In this document: piece after piece, positions 12,737-25,827 of the stretch
Layout of the letters: every line of letters begins with the position of its first letter
Numbering within the stretch: position 1 is the stretch's first letter
Assembly (NCBI RefSeq): GCF_016433145.1
Contig: NC_058131.1
Span: 700,224,319 to 700,288,318, forward strand
From: Gracilinanus agilis
Taxonomy: Eukaryota
DNA length: 64,000 bases
Direction of reading: 5' to 3'
Program-made: the position numbers and the translations under genes
Notes under the pieces: model-generated
Database searches by the model: none
Told to the model about the DNA's origin: nothing
The model's input: the letters and a program-made list of their open reading frames with translations, nothing else

Positions 12737-12802
12737 GAATGTTCAGATTGCTGCCATTTTGGACCAAAAGAATTATGTTGAAGAATTAAATAGACAACTG
12801 AA
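12737..12802 (+). CDS. RUFY2: RUFY2 exon ([22 protein letters not shown])
   Basis: tttag acceptor, AA|gtaagt donor, 66 bp. Confidence 0.95.
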
Positions 12803-12882
12803 GTAAGTGTTTATGAATACCTAGTAAATAGATGTTTAAATATTATTTTAAAGTTCTTTCAGATCAGCTTGACCCTATTTTC

Positions 12883-12993
12883 TTTTTTTTTAATTTAATT
12901 TATTAATTTATAACATTTCTCCATGGTTATAGGATTCATGTTCTATCCCTTCCCTCCTCCCACCCCCTCCCATAGCCCACACACAATTCCACT
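12883..12993 (-). mobile_element. Very short L1 3'-end insertion with 17-bp TSD agcttgaccctattttc
   Basis: TSD at 12866-12882 and 12994-13010. Confidence 0.85.
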
Positions 12994-13483
12994 AGCTTGA
13001 CCCTATTTTCATCTATTCCTTGGTAACTAGAAATCTCACAGGGTTTAAAGTTCAATGAAATTACTGAAGACAATTTTCATTTTCCGCAGAGAATGAAAAA
13101 AGAATACTGGAGAGTTTTATTTTTTTTAAAAGAGCTATATACTTTTCCTTAAATTTTGAGAAAAGCAGAACTTGGGAGTTCACTGATAGGATTTTGGTAA
13201 TTCAAAAAGTCGTTTTTTCTATGCTCTAAACCTCAGAGCTATAGTTCGTGCTTAAGTGAGGGACATGGTCTATGACCTCCGTCCATCTCAGAACCTTTTT
13301 TTGCCCATAGCAAGGATGGGAGCTGCCCTGGAGGGAGACCAGACCTGAGATGCTGAGATTTATATGGTTGACAATAATGTTAAAATTATGACTGACAGGA
13401 GGAGAAGCTGCAACTCTTTCCCCAGATGGAGTTGGAATGAGAATCTATCTGACAAGGTCTTTTTACTTCTTTAATTGTTTTTT

Positions 13484-13679
13484 TTTAAACCCTCACCTTC
13501 CGTCTTGGAGTCAATACCATGTATTGGCTCCAAGGCAGAAGAGTGGTAAGATTAGGCAATGGGGGTCAAGTGACTTGCCCAGGGTCACACAGCTGGGAAG
13601 TGGCTGAGGTCAGATTTGAACCCAGGACCTCCCGTCTCTAGGCCTGACTCTCAATCCACTGAACTACCCAGCTGCCCCT
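13484..13679 (-). mobile_element. Young SINE1_Mdo-like SINE with 14-bp TSD tctttaattgtttt
   Basis: TSD at 13470-13483 and 13680-13693. Confidence 0.88.
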
Positions 13680-15292
13680 TCTTTAATTGTTTTAAGAAAC
13701 AGTTGACAGATATAATAAGATACATTTTTACTATTGACCTTATAAAGATACAGAGTCAAAACTGTTTTCAAATGCATCCTTTATATTTATATACATGTAT
13801 TATTCTGCAAACATTAAGCCACCTGTATTGTGTAAGAATACTGTGCCAGACTTTGGGATAGATATCACATGTAGAGAGGGCAGAATTTGTGGCCTCCTAG
13901 CACTTTTAGTGTAAGAGGGGAATAGTTGTCATCTATAATATTACATGACAAGTACCTTTGAGAAATGTATAACAACATATTGTTCATGTTCAGAAGGAAA
14001 TGGGCATTAATGACTGTCTAGGGAGATCAGGGAACACTTCTTGGAGAAAATAGCATTTGGTATGGACTTTAAAAGATAGATAAGGGTTCAATAAGTAAAA
14101 GAGGGGAAAGAAGGACATGTGAGGGTAAGCAATAATATAAGCAAAGCTAGGGAGGGGGGAGCATATTTGAGGAACAAAGGCGAGGCCACTTTGCCCTAAG
14201 CATAGAAGAATAGAATCCTGCCCTGTTGTTCAGGTCTTTGAATCATGTCAAAGGATGGCTGCAATCCGGATGCCTTTATGAATCCTTTATTTATGAACTG
14301 CTGAAGAGGAATGATGGAATAACCAGAATCTGAAGCTTTTCTTCTTTTAGTCTCAAATTAACATACTCTTCAGCTTGTTTGGTGAGACAGTTGTAAGGTT
14401 GTTAAATATCTGAACCCTTCCTTTGTATGTAACATGTCATTAGAGATCAGTTGGAATCATACCAAAAAGGAGTGAAGCTAAACATTGAACACAGAAGCTA
14501 ATCAATCTCAGACATACGGAAAAGTACCAGTGGGTTATGCTAACATTTTCTAGAGCAGTAATTGGCATCTTGTTTCTACAGACCAGCTGTCCTGATGCTT
14601 AGAGATTTCAGGACTCTTCTCATCCATATTTTCCAACCCCGGGGTCAATTCGGAAGACCTCTTTGGGCGTTATAGAGATATCAAAAACATGTCTGTGATT
14701 TAAGACTAAACCCTTTAAATTTAATTTAAACCCTTTTTAGATTTAGAGTGGAAATATAGATTCTTGCCCAAGAATTTTGACAGTCTGTTACTAATTTTAT
14801 GACTTGTAACCTCTCTGAGACTCCATTTCTTCAGCAGTAAAAAGGAGATCATTGGATTATGGGCTGTCTTAGGTTTCTTCCAACTCTAATTCTTTTGGTT
14901 CAAACATATATACCCAGATATGAACCATATTTCTGTGTTTTAATAGTATTTAATGATATCTAAGTTTACCCTGTTTAGAATTTCCAGAATACAACTTTGT
15001 ACTAATATCAAGTACAGATAATATAACCCAAAGGGGGAGGGAGTTATGAAGCAACAAGAAACTGTAAAAAAAAATTGGAATGCAAAGTATATGAAAGCTT
15101 TGGTTGTAGAGTTATTGCTCTCCTAGTGAAGCAAGAAATGAAATCAGGATCCAAGTAAATAAAATATTTCCCGAACAACAGTCTGGGCTGGGAAGTTGGC
15201 TCATGCCAACCAACATTTGGGTTTGGCATAACATATGGGTTTACCTCTTTGAGTTTGTTGTAATTAAATGATAATTTTTTTTATCATTTCAG

Positions 15293-15362
15293 CAGCACAG
15301 TCAGCAGCCTCCATTCAAGAGTTGATTCATTAGAAAAGTCAAACACTAGACTGATTGAAGAG
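15293..15362 (+). CDS. RUFY2: RUFY2 exon ([23 protein letters not shown])
   Basis: tttcag acceptor, GAG|gtattg donor, 70 bp. Confidence 0.95.
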
Positions 15363-16408
15363 GTATTGATGTCCAGTAATGTTTAACTTTATTTCACAGA
15401 CCTGGTGATCCTTTTCATTATATGCATGAGCTTTGTGTAAGCTCTTACAAAAGCTAAATTGGGTGATATCTGTGATAGAGACAACTGTCATTAAATCCCA
15501 GGGAAAATAGGAACCAGGCTCCTCCTGGTAGGCCTTAGAGATACTTGAGTAATTCCGCTTTTGGAAATGAGTCTCCTAAAGAATACTTTGGGGCATTGAA
15601 AATAAGGCACCAAACCCTTCAACCTTTAACTCATTTATAATTGTAATTAAATGCCACGTCTCCTGTAGCTAGAGGCTTCCTTATAGTCATATTGTTTTAA
15701 TAAATAGATTTGTCCATTTAGTCTAGCCAAAAGACTTTATCCACAAGCATTATTGTACAATTATTTCCCCCTGTTGTTACTAGAATGGCCTCGTGTGGCA
15801 TTTTGTATTAGTGGATATTCCTTGGTCCCTGGGCTAGTTTGAGGCAAAACCAGATTGGAACCCAGGTCTCTCAATTCATTCCCAATTTAGGAAGCTTTAT
15901 CAATAATTTGAAGAAAAGCCTATTAGCCCACAAAATGGTCCTATTCCCACAATGATTGAGTTCATATGAATAGTAAATACAGGAAGAAATATACTGACTG
16001 CCTTAGAACTTATTTTTTATTTTAATTAAAATTTGTTCTGACTTGGAACTCAATGTTTTTAGAGTTGGTCTAGATTTTTTTAGGCCTTATGTTAGAGAGC
16101 TTAAGATAATTTGACTTTGTTTTAAGTGTTTATCCTAATTATACTTTTATGGGTAAATTCCTAAAGTGACATTAGAGAAAAATGGACTATTTAATACATG
16201 TCTTCAATACTTCTGACACTTTTAGGCCTCTTGGGAAATTTCAATTTAAGATTCTTCAAGCAAAATTTTTAGAAATTTAATTACTCAATAAAGAAATGTT
16301 GATTGAAGAGACATTCTCATTTTTTGAGCTCTTATAGTAACATGGAGACATGCCAGGGTGGTAATTCTGTCTGGTCCCAGAGACTTGCCATATAAACTCC
16401 CATAGACT

Positions 16409-16607
16409 GTTTTCTTTTAATACCCCTTCCTTCTGCCTCAGAATCAGTATTGAGTATTGGTTCCCAGGTAGGAGAGAAATAAGGGATAGGCTCTTGGAGT
16501 TAAGTGACTTGCCCCGGTCACACACTAGGAAGTGTCTGAGGCCAGAACCCAGGATCTCCCGTCTCCAGGCCTGAACCTCTCTCCACTGAGGCGCCGAGCT
16601 GCCTGCC
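16409..16607 (-). mobile_element. SINE1_Mdo-like SINE with 10-bp TSD cccatagact
   Basis: TSD at 16399-16408 and 16608-16617. Confidence 0.85.
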
Positions 16608-17179
16608 CCCATAGACTCGTTGCTACTAGAGGGGGCTGCCTTGTATAAATCAAGGAGCCAAGAGTGCCGATTTTTCCTCTTGGCCTCTGGTTCTTCCTTT
16701 GTCCTTAAATTGACGCTGTGAACTTTTGTATTGAGTTTTTGAGTCTCACAATAGATAAAATTGTTTAAAAATGCACCTGCTAAAGGACTGAACATTGGAA
16801 ATGATTTCAGGTCCTGATGGTTATCAAAGTAGTTTTGGTGTAATTACCAGATACTTTGCTACTTATCACCTATTTGAATTGACATTCAATTTCCCAATAT
16901 TCACATAACTGAATGAATATAAGAAGTAAAGACTAACAGTAGAACAAAGTTTAGTATCACCCCTTTAGTTTGTATTTGATTTAAGAGTAGGAGACATTTT
17001 TATTAAGTGGAGGCCGTAGTTCCTTCCTGCCCCTTCTTGCTTTCTTGCTAGGGTATAAGGAAGAGGGAGGGAGGTTACAAGAGCAAGGTACAATTCCACT
17101 GGGTTTGGATTGAGGTGGGGGTGAGGTGAAAATAAAGAACTGGTACAAGGAGGAAGCTGTTGCTTTTGAAGTTTCCAAC

Positions 17180-17650
17180 AGGGATGTTTTGTTGTTCAGT
17201 CATTAAAGTCATGGTCTGACTCTCAGTGACCCCTTTTTGGGGGTTTTCTTGGCAGAGATACTGGAATGGTTTGCCATTTCCTTCAGCTCATTTTACAGTT
17301 AAGGAAACTGAGCCAACCCAAGGGTTAAATGACTTGCTCAAGGTCACACAACTAATGTCTGAAGCTGGATTTGAACTCAGTAAGATGAGTCTTCCCGACT
17401 CCAGGCCTGGCACCCTATCCATTAAGCCATCCCAGCTGCCCCTCTGATGGGGAGGAGAGGCATCCATTGAGCTATAGTATGGAGAAATCCTTGATTTTAA
17501 AGTCAGAGGACCCGGGTTTGAATCTTAGTTTTGTGCTTTGCTGCCTGCATGACTCTGGGAAGTTATTTTACCCCTCTGAGCCTCAATTTCTTCATCTGTA
17601 GAACACTGAGGTGGTTTGACTAGATAAGTTCTGAGGTCCCTGCCAGCACC
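17180..17650. mobile_element. MAR1/MIR-family SINEs (reverse copy ~17180-17445, forward MIR ~17480-17650)
   Basis: CORE-SINE motifs attttacag..aggaaactgag and ctcagtttc...catctgta. Confidence 0.7.
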
Positions 17651-17981
17651 AAGTCTGTGAGCAGTGAACCTTACTACTTATTACTCAGACTACTCTCTGA
17701 ACCTCAACTAGACCAGACAGTCTTTAATGGCTCTTCAAGCCCTAAGTCATCCTTTGATTCTGTGTGTGGAAATAAAAAACTTCTTTGAGGATTTTATTTT
17801 TCCCAATTTATATTTCTGAGCATAACTTGTTGGGAGATGGGGGGAGCTACATGGAGCACATGAATAAATCCTATGTGAGGGAACAAGTTTAAAGAGATTT
17901 TAGTAATGATTTTCAATGAATAATTTTTCACAAAAAAGATGTTAATGTTCTCTCTTCTTGTCCCTTTCTCTTCTTATGTAG

Positions 17982-18083
17982 TTAGCAATAGCAAAGAACA
18001 ATATCATTAAACTCCAAGAAGAGAACCATCAGTTACGAAGTGAAAACAAACTGATCTTAATGAAAACACAACAACATTTAGAG
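17982..18083 (+). CDS. RUFY2: RUFY2 exon ([34 protein letters not shown])
   Basis: Polypyrimidine tract plus tag acceptor, GAG|gtacat donor; coiled-coil sequence. Confidence 0.95.
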
Positions 18084-18139
18084 GTACATGTCAAACAAAC
18101 ACTTTCCTTTTTGAAATTCAGTTCTATTTTCCACTTGGA

Positions 18140-19720
18140 ATTCTCTGCTTCACAAATCCCCCCCCCCCCCCCCAATAAGAAATCAAGAAAAGCAAAGCCT
18201 GATACAAATATCACCTATGCCTACATTGCCCGTGTCTGAGGAGTCAGACCTCAGTCTTTGCTCTGAATCCACCACTTCTTTATCTGGAAGTTTCTCTGTA
18301 GTATATCTCATCATGAGTTCTCTGGAATTGTGGCTTTCCTCATACCGATCAGAGTTCCCAAGTCTCTCAGAGTTGTTTGTCTTTACAGTAATGTTGCTAT
18401 TGTATAAATTATCCTCCTGGCTCTGCTCATTTTGTGCATCAGTTTATACTTTTTTTTTTACAGCACAATAGCATTCTGTCGTATTCATATGCTATAACTT
18501 GTTCAGCTGTTCCCCAATTGATACGTATCCCATCACTTTCCAGTCCTTTGCCACCATGAAAAGAGCTGCTATAAATATTTTTGTTCACGGGGTTTTCATC
18601 CTCTCTCTTTGATCTCCTTGGGGTATAGGCCTAGAGGAGTTATTGCTGCTCAGAGGGTAGGCACATTTTAATAGCTTTGGGGGCATATTTCCAAAATGCT
18701 TTAAAAAATGGCTAGACTTATTCCCAGTACATCAATGTACCAGTTTTTCCACCTCCTCTCCAGCGTTTGTCAGGTTCCTTTTTCGTTAACTTAGCTTAAC
18801 TGATAGGTGTGATAAAGAATCACAGAATTTTCTGTTCATATCTTTTGCCCATTTATCAATTAGCAAATGACTCTTGCTCTTATCAATTTACCTCAGTTCC
18901 CTATCTGGCTTAGAAATAAAACATTTATCAGAGAAACTTACTGCAAAGATTTTCTTCTCAATTTCCTGTTTTTCTCTTCATTTTAGCTCCTTTCGTTTTG
19001 TGTATGCAAAACCTTTTTAATTTTATATCATTAAAATTTCCCACTTTGCCTTCTATGAATCTGTTTCTTGTTCGATCATGCCTGAATCTGATCTGTAATC
19101 TCTTGCATTGCCTTGACTTTGTTTATGATGTCACGTGCCGTGTGTGGCCGGGTCCCTGCCCCGGCGCCACGTGTGGGAGGCCCGGGGATGAGGGGTTGGA
19201 TAGGAGGGCCGTGGTAGCTGTGGAGAGCGAGAGTCAGCCTGCGGTAGAGAGAGTGAGCTAAGAGGGCAGGAGAGATGGAGAAGGCCCAGGCGGAAGAGAG
19301 GGACCAAGAGAAAGACTTTCCGAGAGGCTCAAGCCCTGAGGAAGCGTCACAGCGTGCTGGAGGGGTTCCTGCCCCACAGGGTACTGCTGAGGTGCTTCCC
19401 ACAGGACGATGCCAGGCTGCTATTCCAGACGGGAGCAAGCTGAGAAACATGGATTGGGGATCCGTGCTGGGGGTGCTTCAGTGAGCACTTGGCCCAGAGC
19501 AGCCTTGCGGGAGGGCCAGCGTGGCTGCCCTCCTCTGGGGGCCGCTCACCTTTACGGCTAGCTCACGGACCCACGTGGAGCAGCGCTTAGTCTGAGCCGT
19601 GAGACGCGGGTCTCTGAGGCCGCATGCTGGGTCTTTCCCAGTAGTTTTTGTCAAATAGTCAGTTCTCGGCCACATTGCTGGGATCTTCATGTGTATCCAA
19701 CAGCCGGTGGCTGCGTTCAT
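18140..19720 (-). mobile_element. Old L1 3' fragment, interrupted at ~19140-19500 and GC-shifted at its right end
   Basis: L1 3' UTR and ORF2 antisense motifs (ttgcccattt, atcagagaaacttactgcaaagatttt, tttttgtcaaatagt). Confidence 0.7.
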
Positions 19721-19840
19721 GAGCTTCTGATTGTTCCCGCTGTGGCCTCCTCGCGGGTGGCGGCGGCGTCTCCTCTCAGAGCGCGCCCCTTAGAGGAAGC
19801 GCAGGGCTAGAATCCGACCCTTTGTTTGGCTCTTTCACAG

Positions 19841-19957
19841 GTGACAAAAGTCGATGTGGAAACTGAGCTGCAGACGTACAAACAGTCTCGCCAGGGCCTG
19901 GACGACATGTACAATGAGGCACGCAGACAGCTCCGAGAGGAGTCTCAGCTGCGACAG
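19841..19957 (+). CDS. RUFY2: RUFY2 exon ([39 protein letters not shown])
   Basis: tttcacag acceptor, CAG|gtgagg donor, 117 bp. Confidence 0.95.
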
Positions 19958-20565
19958 GTGAGGCTGCGTCGTCGGGCAGAGAGGCTTCCCGTTACAGGAT
20001 GTTCATCTTCTGGTGTTTTTCCCCTCTCGGAGAGCCCCGCTTTGTAGCAGACAGTCCGCCAGGTTTGGGGCAGACGGTGACTGCATCTGGCACAGCGTGT
20101 CCATGTTCTGCACTGGTAGCCTCTCCCCAAGGCGGGGGATCTGTGAGCCAGGAGTTAAAAAACAATATGCAGAAAGCGCTTTCTAAGGCCGAAGATGTCA
20201 CCATCAGCGTCAGCCTCCATCTTTGTGGGGGAGATTCCCAGATAGAACTTCATTTGTGTTCACCGGAAGTTAGCCTTGTTTGAAAATCCAGTGCTAGAAA
20301 CAGCTCTGTTCCGCTCATGTTTGCCTTTTAAAACACTCAAGTACTTGCGGTGTGCCCTGTGCTAGATGCTAGGAAAGATAAACAATTACATAAGATGAGC
20401 CCTCTGCTCCTCAGTCCCAGCTAGGTGGTGCCGCCATCAGGATGTGAGCACAAAGCAAGGCGGTGGCAGGAGGGCTGGAGGCTGAGGCTGGGGATGGGGC
20501 TTCCCACCCCCTTTACCCATGGCATCTCCGAGCCCCCCTGAGCTCTGCGTGTGCTCACTTTGCAG

Positions 20566-20733
20566 GATGTGGAGAATGAGCTCATGGTGCAAGTGAGCAT
20601 GAAACACGAGATTGAGCTCGCCATGAAGCTGTTGGAAAAAGACATCCATGAGAAGCAGGACACACTGATAGGTCTTCGCCAGCAGCTGGAGGACGTGAAA
20701 GCCATTAACATTGAGATGTACCAGAAGCTGCAG
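20566..20733 (+). CDS. RUFY2: RUFY2 exon ([56 protein letters not shown])
   Basis: ttgcag acceptor, CAG|gtagag donor, 168 bp; overlaps ORF track 20551..20811. Confidence 0.96.
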
Positions 20734-21359
20734 GTAGAGGCCCAGCCCCCACCTCCCCTTGGCTCCTGGGCTCAGAGGCAGGCCCAGAGCCTCCCCCGAG
20801 GAGGAGGCTGAGGGTGCCAGATGCAAGGCTCACCCTTTCAACAGCACCCACTTCAGGGGCCCTTGGGATGGGAGGAGCACATGGAAGAGGAGAGTGAAAG
20901 CGCTTTGTAAGCACTATGAGAATGCGTCCCCATGACTAAGAAGAAAAAAGGGTGATTTTAGGTAGATGATAATGACCAGGGAATCCTTTTTTAAGCATTA
21001 ATGACTTTTCTCTATTTACTCTGCACTAGGGAAGACACAGTGCTTAAAACTAAGACCGACTGTGGGAGCAACATTCAAATATAAACATTAGAATGGCTTC
21101 TTTAGTTCTTGTGATACTACAATCTGCCATCTTTTCTGTTCTGATCAGATCATGGGGCCAGTCACTGTAAAAGCTGCAGAGAATCACCTGATTTGGGTTT
21201 AAATACTTAATACTACTACTTTGTGTTGTAGAGAGTGACCGTACTAAAAATAGGAGTCATTTTACTCTAATAACAAAACAATCTGGTAAAAAACAACCAT
21301 ATTGTATGTTTAGAATTTAGTAATCCTCAAATTAATGCAGCTTTAATGTTCTCAACTAG

Positions 21360-21457
21360 GGTTCTGAAGAGGGAATGAAAGAAAAGAATGAAATAATTGG
21401 TCGACTGGAGGATAAGACCAATAAGATCACTGCTGCCATGAAACAGCTGGAGCAAAG
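21360..21457 (+). CDS. RUFY2: RUFY2 exon ([32 protein letters not shown])
   Basis: ctag acceptor, AG|gtaggg donor, 98 bp ending in phase 2. Confidence 0.95.
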
Positions 21458-22383
21458 GTAGGGCATCCCCAGCACTGGCTTCTTTTTCATCCCTTTCACT
21501 CGTTTTCCCTGACTGCACCCTGCCACCTTGTCACCCAGCTGCCTTTTTAGGAAGGTTTTAGGTCAGTGACCTGTTTGGAAGAGACTGGCAGGATTTTACC
21601 ATTGGGTTTTTTTGTTTGGAAATAATTGCCTCATGAAGAAGAAAACCCAGGGTAAAAGGAGGTCTCTGACTTGCGCCTCTTGCCTGCCATCTCCACTGTC
21701 TCGCAGCATGTGCTTCTCTAGAAACAGGCATTCTGAGTTGGCATTGAAGTTGTGTTTCTTTCTGCTCATTTCCTCATCTAAGAAAGGAGGGCTTTGGACT
21801 GGATGATCTCTTAAGTCTCTTTGAGCTCTTATAGTCACCTTCCCCAGCCATGGCAAAATGCCATCAGTTATTTCTTCCATTTTAAATAATATTAGTCACT
21901 CAGGTGTTAGGGGTTTGATTCTGAAGTATTTGGTCTACCTCTATGCCAAATATCTTACATTCAAGTTTGTAAAACCATTTGGAGCATTTAACTAATGATG
22001 TACAGACTCTTAATAAGAGAAAAAGATGCTTAAAGATGTTCAAATAAAATCCATCTAGGTCAAGAGTAACAAAGGTTTGTTTAGATATTTAATCATTTGT
22101 AGGTGGAAATTTCATTTTTATTGTTGGAAAATGTAATCGACCTCCATTACCCTGTCATATTGGTGTCAACATATGTCTTACCATTGCTTTCTTTGAATCT
22201 ACCGATGAAAAACATAACTATTAAAGCTTTATTGACATGAATATTCTTTTATTGACATCCTCTTTTCTTTCTTCTTTTTTTTTCTTTTCTTTTTTGTTTT
22301 GTTTCTTTTATCCCAATTTTTACATTTTGGACATTTTTATTACTTCTCTCTTGCCTTTTATTTCTGTCCATCCCATCCTGAAG

Positions 22384-22492
22384 TGATAAAGATCTGTTAA
22401 CTCAAACTAGGACTATTGCAATGTCATTTGTCAAGTGTGCCAGCAGTGACACGCAGCCCCAGTACAAACTGGTCAAAGATATATCTTTCTGA
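22384..22492 (+). CDS. RUFY2: Candidate alternative terminal exon of RUFY2 (S-DKDLLTQTRTIAMSFVKCASSDTQPQYKLVKDISF-stop), giving a FYVE-less isoform
   Basis: Long polypyrimidine tract (22240-22380) and gaag acceptor at 22383. In phase with the phase-2 donor at 21457 and open for 36 codons to TGA at 22490-22492. Start resembles the recalled short RUFY3 C-terminus SEKDL. Confidence 0.7.
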
Positions 22493-23963
22493 AGCCACCT
22501 CATGCCTGCTGCATCTAAAAATTCTAAGAGGGTGTTTGCATTTGTACAACTTGTTAAATATAAAAAAAGATGCTATGAGATATTATAAAAGGGTGTTAGG
22601 AAGCCCCGGGACTCTCTTTGCTGTGGTAATACCCTGTCATGAAGTGAGCCAGTGGATTTGAATTCTCTCCCAAACTTCACTGCACCCAGACTAATTCCCA
22701 GGATCGAGCCATTGGAAGTTAGGGTTACCAGACACAATCCCCTTATTTTCTTGCTATTTTTTAATGCAAAATATAAAATTGCTTAAAATCAAATCAACCT
22801 TTGTTTCCACATTGTGCTGACCCAAATTTCCTTTCCTTTGGCACTCTCTTCTTCTTATGGCTCCACCTGATATTTAGATATCAGTTTGACTCCCACACCT
22901 TGGCCATCTTTGTGCTGGAGTATCTTTCATGTTTGCCACTTCTGTTGAGCCTTCTTTAATGATAGTACAACATTAAGGCCTGCTGTGCTGGGCCTGACAG
23001 AAATGCCCTCACACCTTAGAGGAAAGCTATGGAGAGTTTACATGTTACAGAATTTGTATTTTGTTTTGGCCTTCAGATAAATCCATAAATTGGATGGTGG
23101 TTTCCCTTCCTTATTCACCTGGGGATATAGCAACTCCTGCAGAAGTGCCAGGAAAATATGTGTTTCTGTGACTCCAGCGTTGTAATTTTGAAGGAAATGA
23201 ACTAGCTGGAATGTGACTGCTTAGGCATCCATCTCTATTGCGCTTTCCAATTAGAGTCCCATTTTCCAGGAATATTTTGGAGAGCCTTTCTTTTAAAAAT
23301 AAACAATGAACTGTAAAATCACAGTTTTTGAAATCTCTCATAGCAAAAGCTGTGGGGGAGCAGGGCAGAGATAATAAGCACGGATGGCAAAGAGTTGAGT
23401 CCTCAAAGTAGGAAAGCAAAGTCCTAAACATATAAGGAAAGAAAGGTAAACACACAGTATTTTGAGCTGATCATTTTTGATGATTTTGATGGTGGGAGCA
23501 TGTGTGTAGTCTAGGGAGCCAGATTGCCAGCGACCACAGAAATGGTTTACTTTAACCCCCTCCTCCCCCATCCCCATCGCCCCGGGTCATTCAGTCAGGC
23601 CAGGGAAAGGGCCACCGCTGGGGCTCTGTGCTGTGTGGGGTGGGCCCAGCCCTCTGCTCCTGGCCTTAGTGCGCAGCGGCCCCCTCCCCAGCACGGAGCC
23701 CAGCAAAGCTCACGGAGGGGCTCTTCTTGGCGGGTTCTCAAAGGCAGCGGTGCCCATCCTTAGGTTGTAACCTAGATCAAACTCCATGGAAGCGATGAAA
23801 GTTGTACTGCTTTGCATTGTTAATCATAAATGAGAAATAAAGCGAATCTGAAGACCGTGTCCTGGGTGTATTCTACGGCATAATGAAAATCACGGAGGCC
23901 ATCTTTAGGCACTGTGTGGCTCTTTCTCATTTGAGTTTGTAAGTTTCCCCCAGACTTTGTTTT

Positions 23964-24103
23964 NNNNNNNNNNNNNNNNNNNNNNNNNNNNNNNNNNNNN
24001 NNNNNNNNNNNNNNNNNNNNNNNNNNNNNNNNNNNNNNNNNNNNNNNNNNNNNNNNNNNNNNNNNNNNNNNNNNNNNNNNNNNNNNNNNNNNNNNNNNNN
24101 NNN
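23964..24103. other. N gap (140 nt) covering a RUFY2 exon acceptor
   Basis: Run of n. Confidence 0.99.
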
Positions 24104-24192
24104 GCCAAGAATGAGGATGAGAAATTTGAACAAGAATGTCTGAGTCAGTCTGACAGCCTACAGAAACAAATATGCCAAAAGGAGACACAACT
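24104..24192 (+). CDS. RUFY2: RUFY2 exon, visible 3' part ([30 protein letters not shown]); 5' ~31 bp lost in N gap
   Basis: CT|gtgagt donor at 24193; acceptor lies in gap 23964-24103. Confidence 0.9.
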
Positions 24193-25310
24193 GTGAGTCT
24201 GCGCTTCCCTTTTATCCAAAGAAGTATCTGGAGAGAGAGTGGGGTTGGGGGGTGCTTGTGTGGGTGGGTCTCTTATCACGGAGGCTCCTCCACGAGGCTC
24301 GGCCTGATGGCCTCGCTTGATCATGGCAGTCAGGCCCCGGCCGGCATCCCTTATCTCCCGACAGAACAGAACCAGGAAAGGCCCGATTTGTTCTGGTCCT
24401 CCTTTCCCCAGTGCCTAGCACAATACCTAGAACCCGTTTTTGTGGACTGATGGATGTTTGCCAGTATTTTATAAAAATGACCGCGGCTCCTGATGCTGCC
24501 ATTATTTCATCTAGGACAGTCTGTGGGCTGATTGTTCTTGGAGTTGTTTAACTGCATCCCTCCAGAATACAATGTACGTATTCCATCAAGGAGGGACTCG
24601 CACAAGACTAATCAAGACTCGCTAACTAAGACGATTTGGGACCTTTCTTTGTTTCGCGAGTGGCCACAAGGCCAGTAGATTCCTGATGTAGGCAGGCCAG
24701 TTCTTGGAGAGCGGAGTAGGCCTTCCTGGCCCAGAAGGACTCGCCGCAGCTGCTCTGCAATGGCATGACCCTCGTACATCCTGCCTTGGGGCTTAATAAG
24801 GGTCTGATTCTGGGCGAGCAGCTGGGCTGTTTGGCCCTCAGTTTCCTCTTCGGTAAAACGAGAGGGTCGGCCTAGGCCCTTCTGTGGTTCCTTTCGGCTC
24901 TAACGTGGTGATTCTATGAACCAGTTTTCTCCTAATACTTTGTTTCTATAAGACATTTCAATATGAAGAAAAAAACAATGTGTTCTAAGCCAAAAATGAA
25001 AAGATTTCTGGAAGAAATGGCACTGGCCATTTATAAAAGGGCTTTTTCAATCCTTAAAATGCTATGTAAATGCTAGTTAATTGTGAATTTAAAACAATAT
25101 CAGCCACTATAACAGTATAGAAAGCGAAAAAGTGTTTTCTATCTGAAAATGAACTTCTGCCCAGATTTACTTTTTAAGTGTATATCAAATTTAAAACAAT
25201 ATTACCAAATTGCCTCCTTGTCCGGGCCCTTTTCTGACCTTGGTAAATATCTAAATCCGTGTCACTGCCTGTCCTGAACGCTGATGTTCCGTTTCTCTTT
25301 GTGCCTGAAG

Positions 25311-25440
25311 GGCTCAGTTGGAAACAGATTTGAAGATTGAAAAGGAATGGAGGCAGACTTTGCAAGAGGACCTCCAGAAGGAGAACGACGCACTCTCTCA
25401 CCTGAGACATGAGACACAACAAATCATTAGTCTTAAAAAA
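25311..25440 (+). CDS. RUFY2: RUFY2 exon ([43 protein letters not shown])
   Basis: tgaag acceptor, AAA|gtacat donor, 130 bp. Confidence 0.95.
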
Positions 25441-25732
25441 GTACATCGTGGTAAAACATTAAAAGTTTATTTCAGATTTTTAGTGTCTTTTCAAGAAAGA
25501 ATCAGAGATGGTCATTTTCATAGCCAGGCGTGGTAACAAAATGTTTTGGGCATAGGAAGTGTTAACTTGTGTAAATATTTTGCTCAGTTTAATAGAGGTC
25601 TGCCAGTAGGTAGCCTATCTCTGTTATAGAGTAGCAATAAATCTACGGGAAAATCATTTTTTACTTAAACGCTTAGTGTGTTGTTGAGTAATGTATAGAC
25701 AATGCAATATTTTTTTTTCATTGTTTCTGAAG

Positions 25733-25827
25733 GAATTTCTCAGTCTCCAGAATGAAAATCAGCAATTGAAAAGAATATATCAGGACCAGGAACAAGCCCT
25801 TCAAGAACTTGGCAACAAGCTCAGCGA
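25733..25827 (+). CDS. RUFY2: RUFY2 exon ([32 protein letters not shown])
   Basis: ctgaag acceptor, GA|gtaact donor, 95 bp. Confidence 0.95.

Noticed and set aside
16277-16795. 172-aa minus-strand ORF
   Set aside because: Reads through a SINE (16409-16607); chance ORF.
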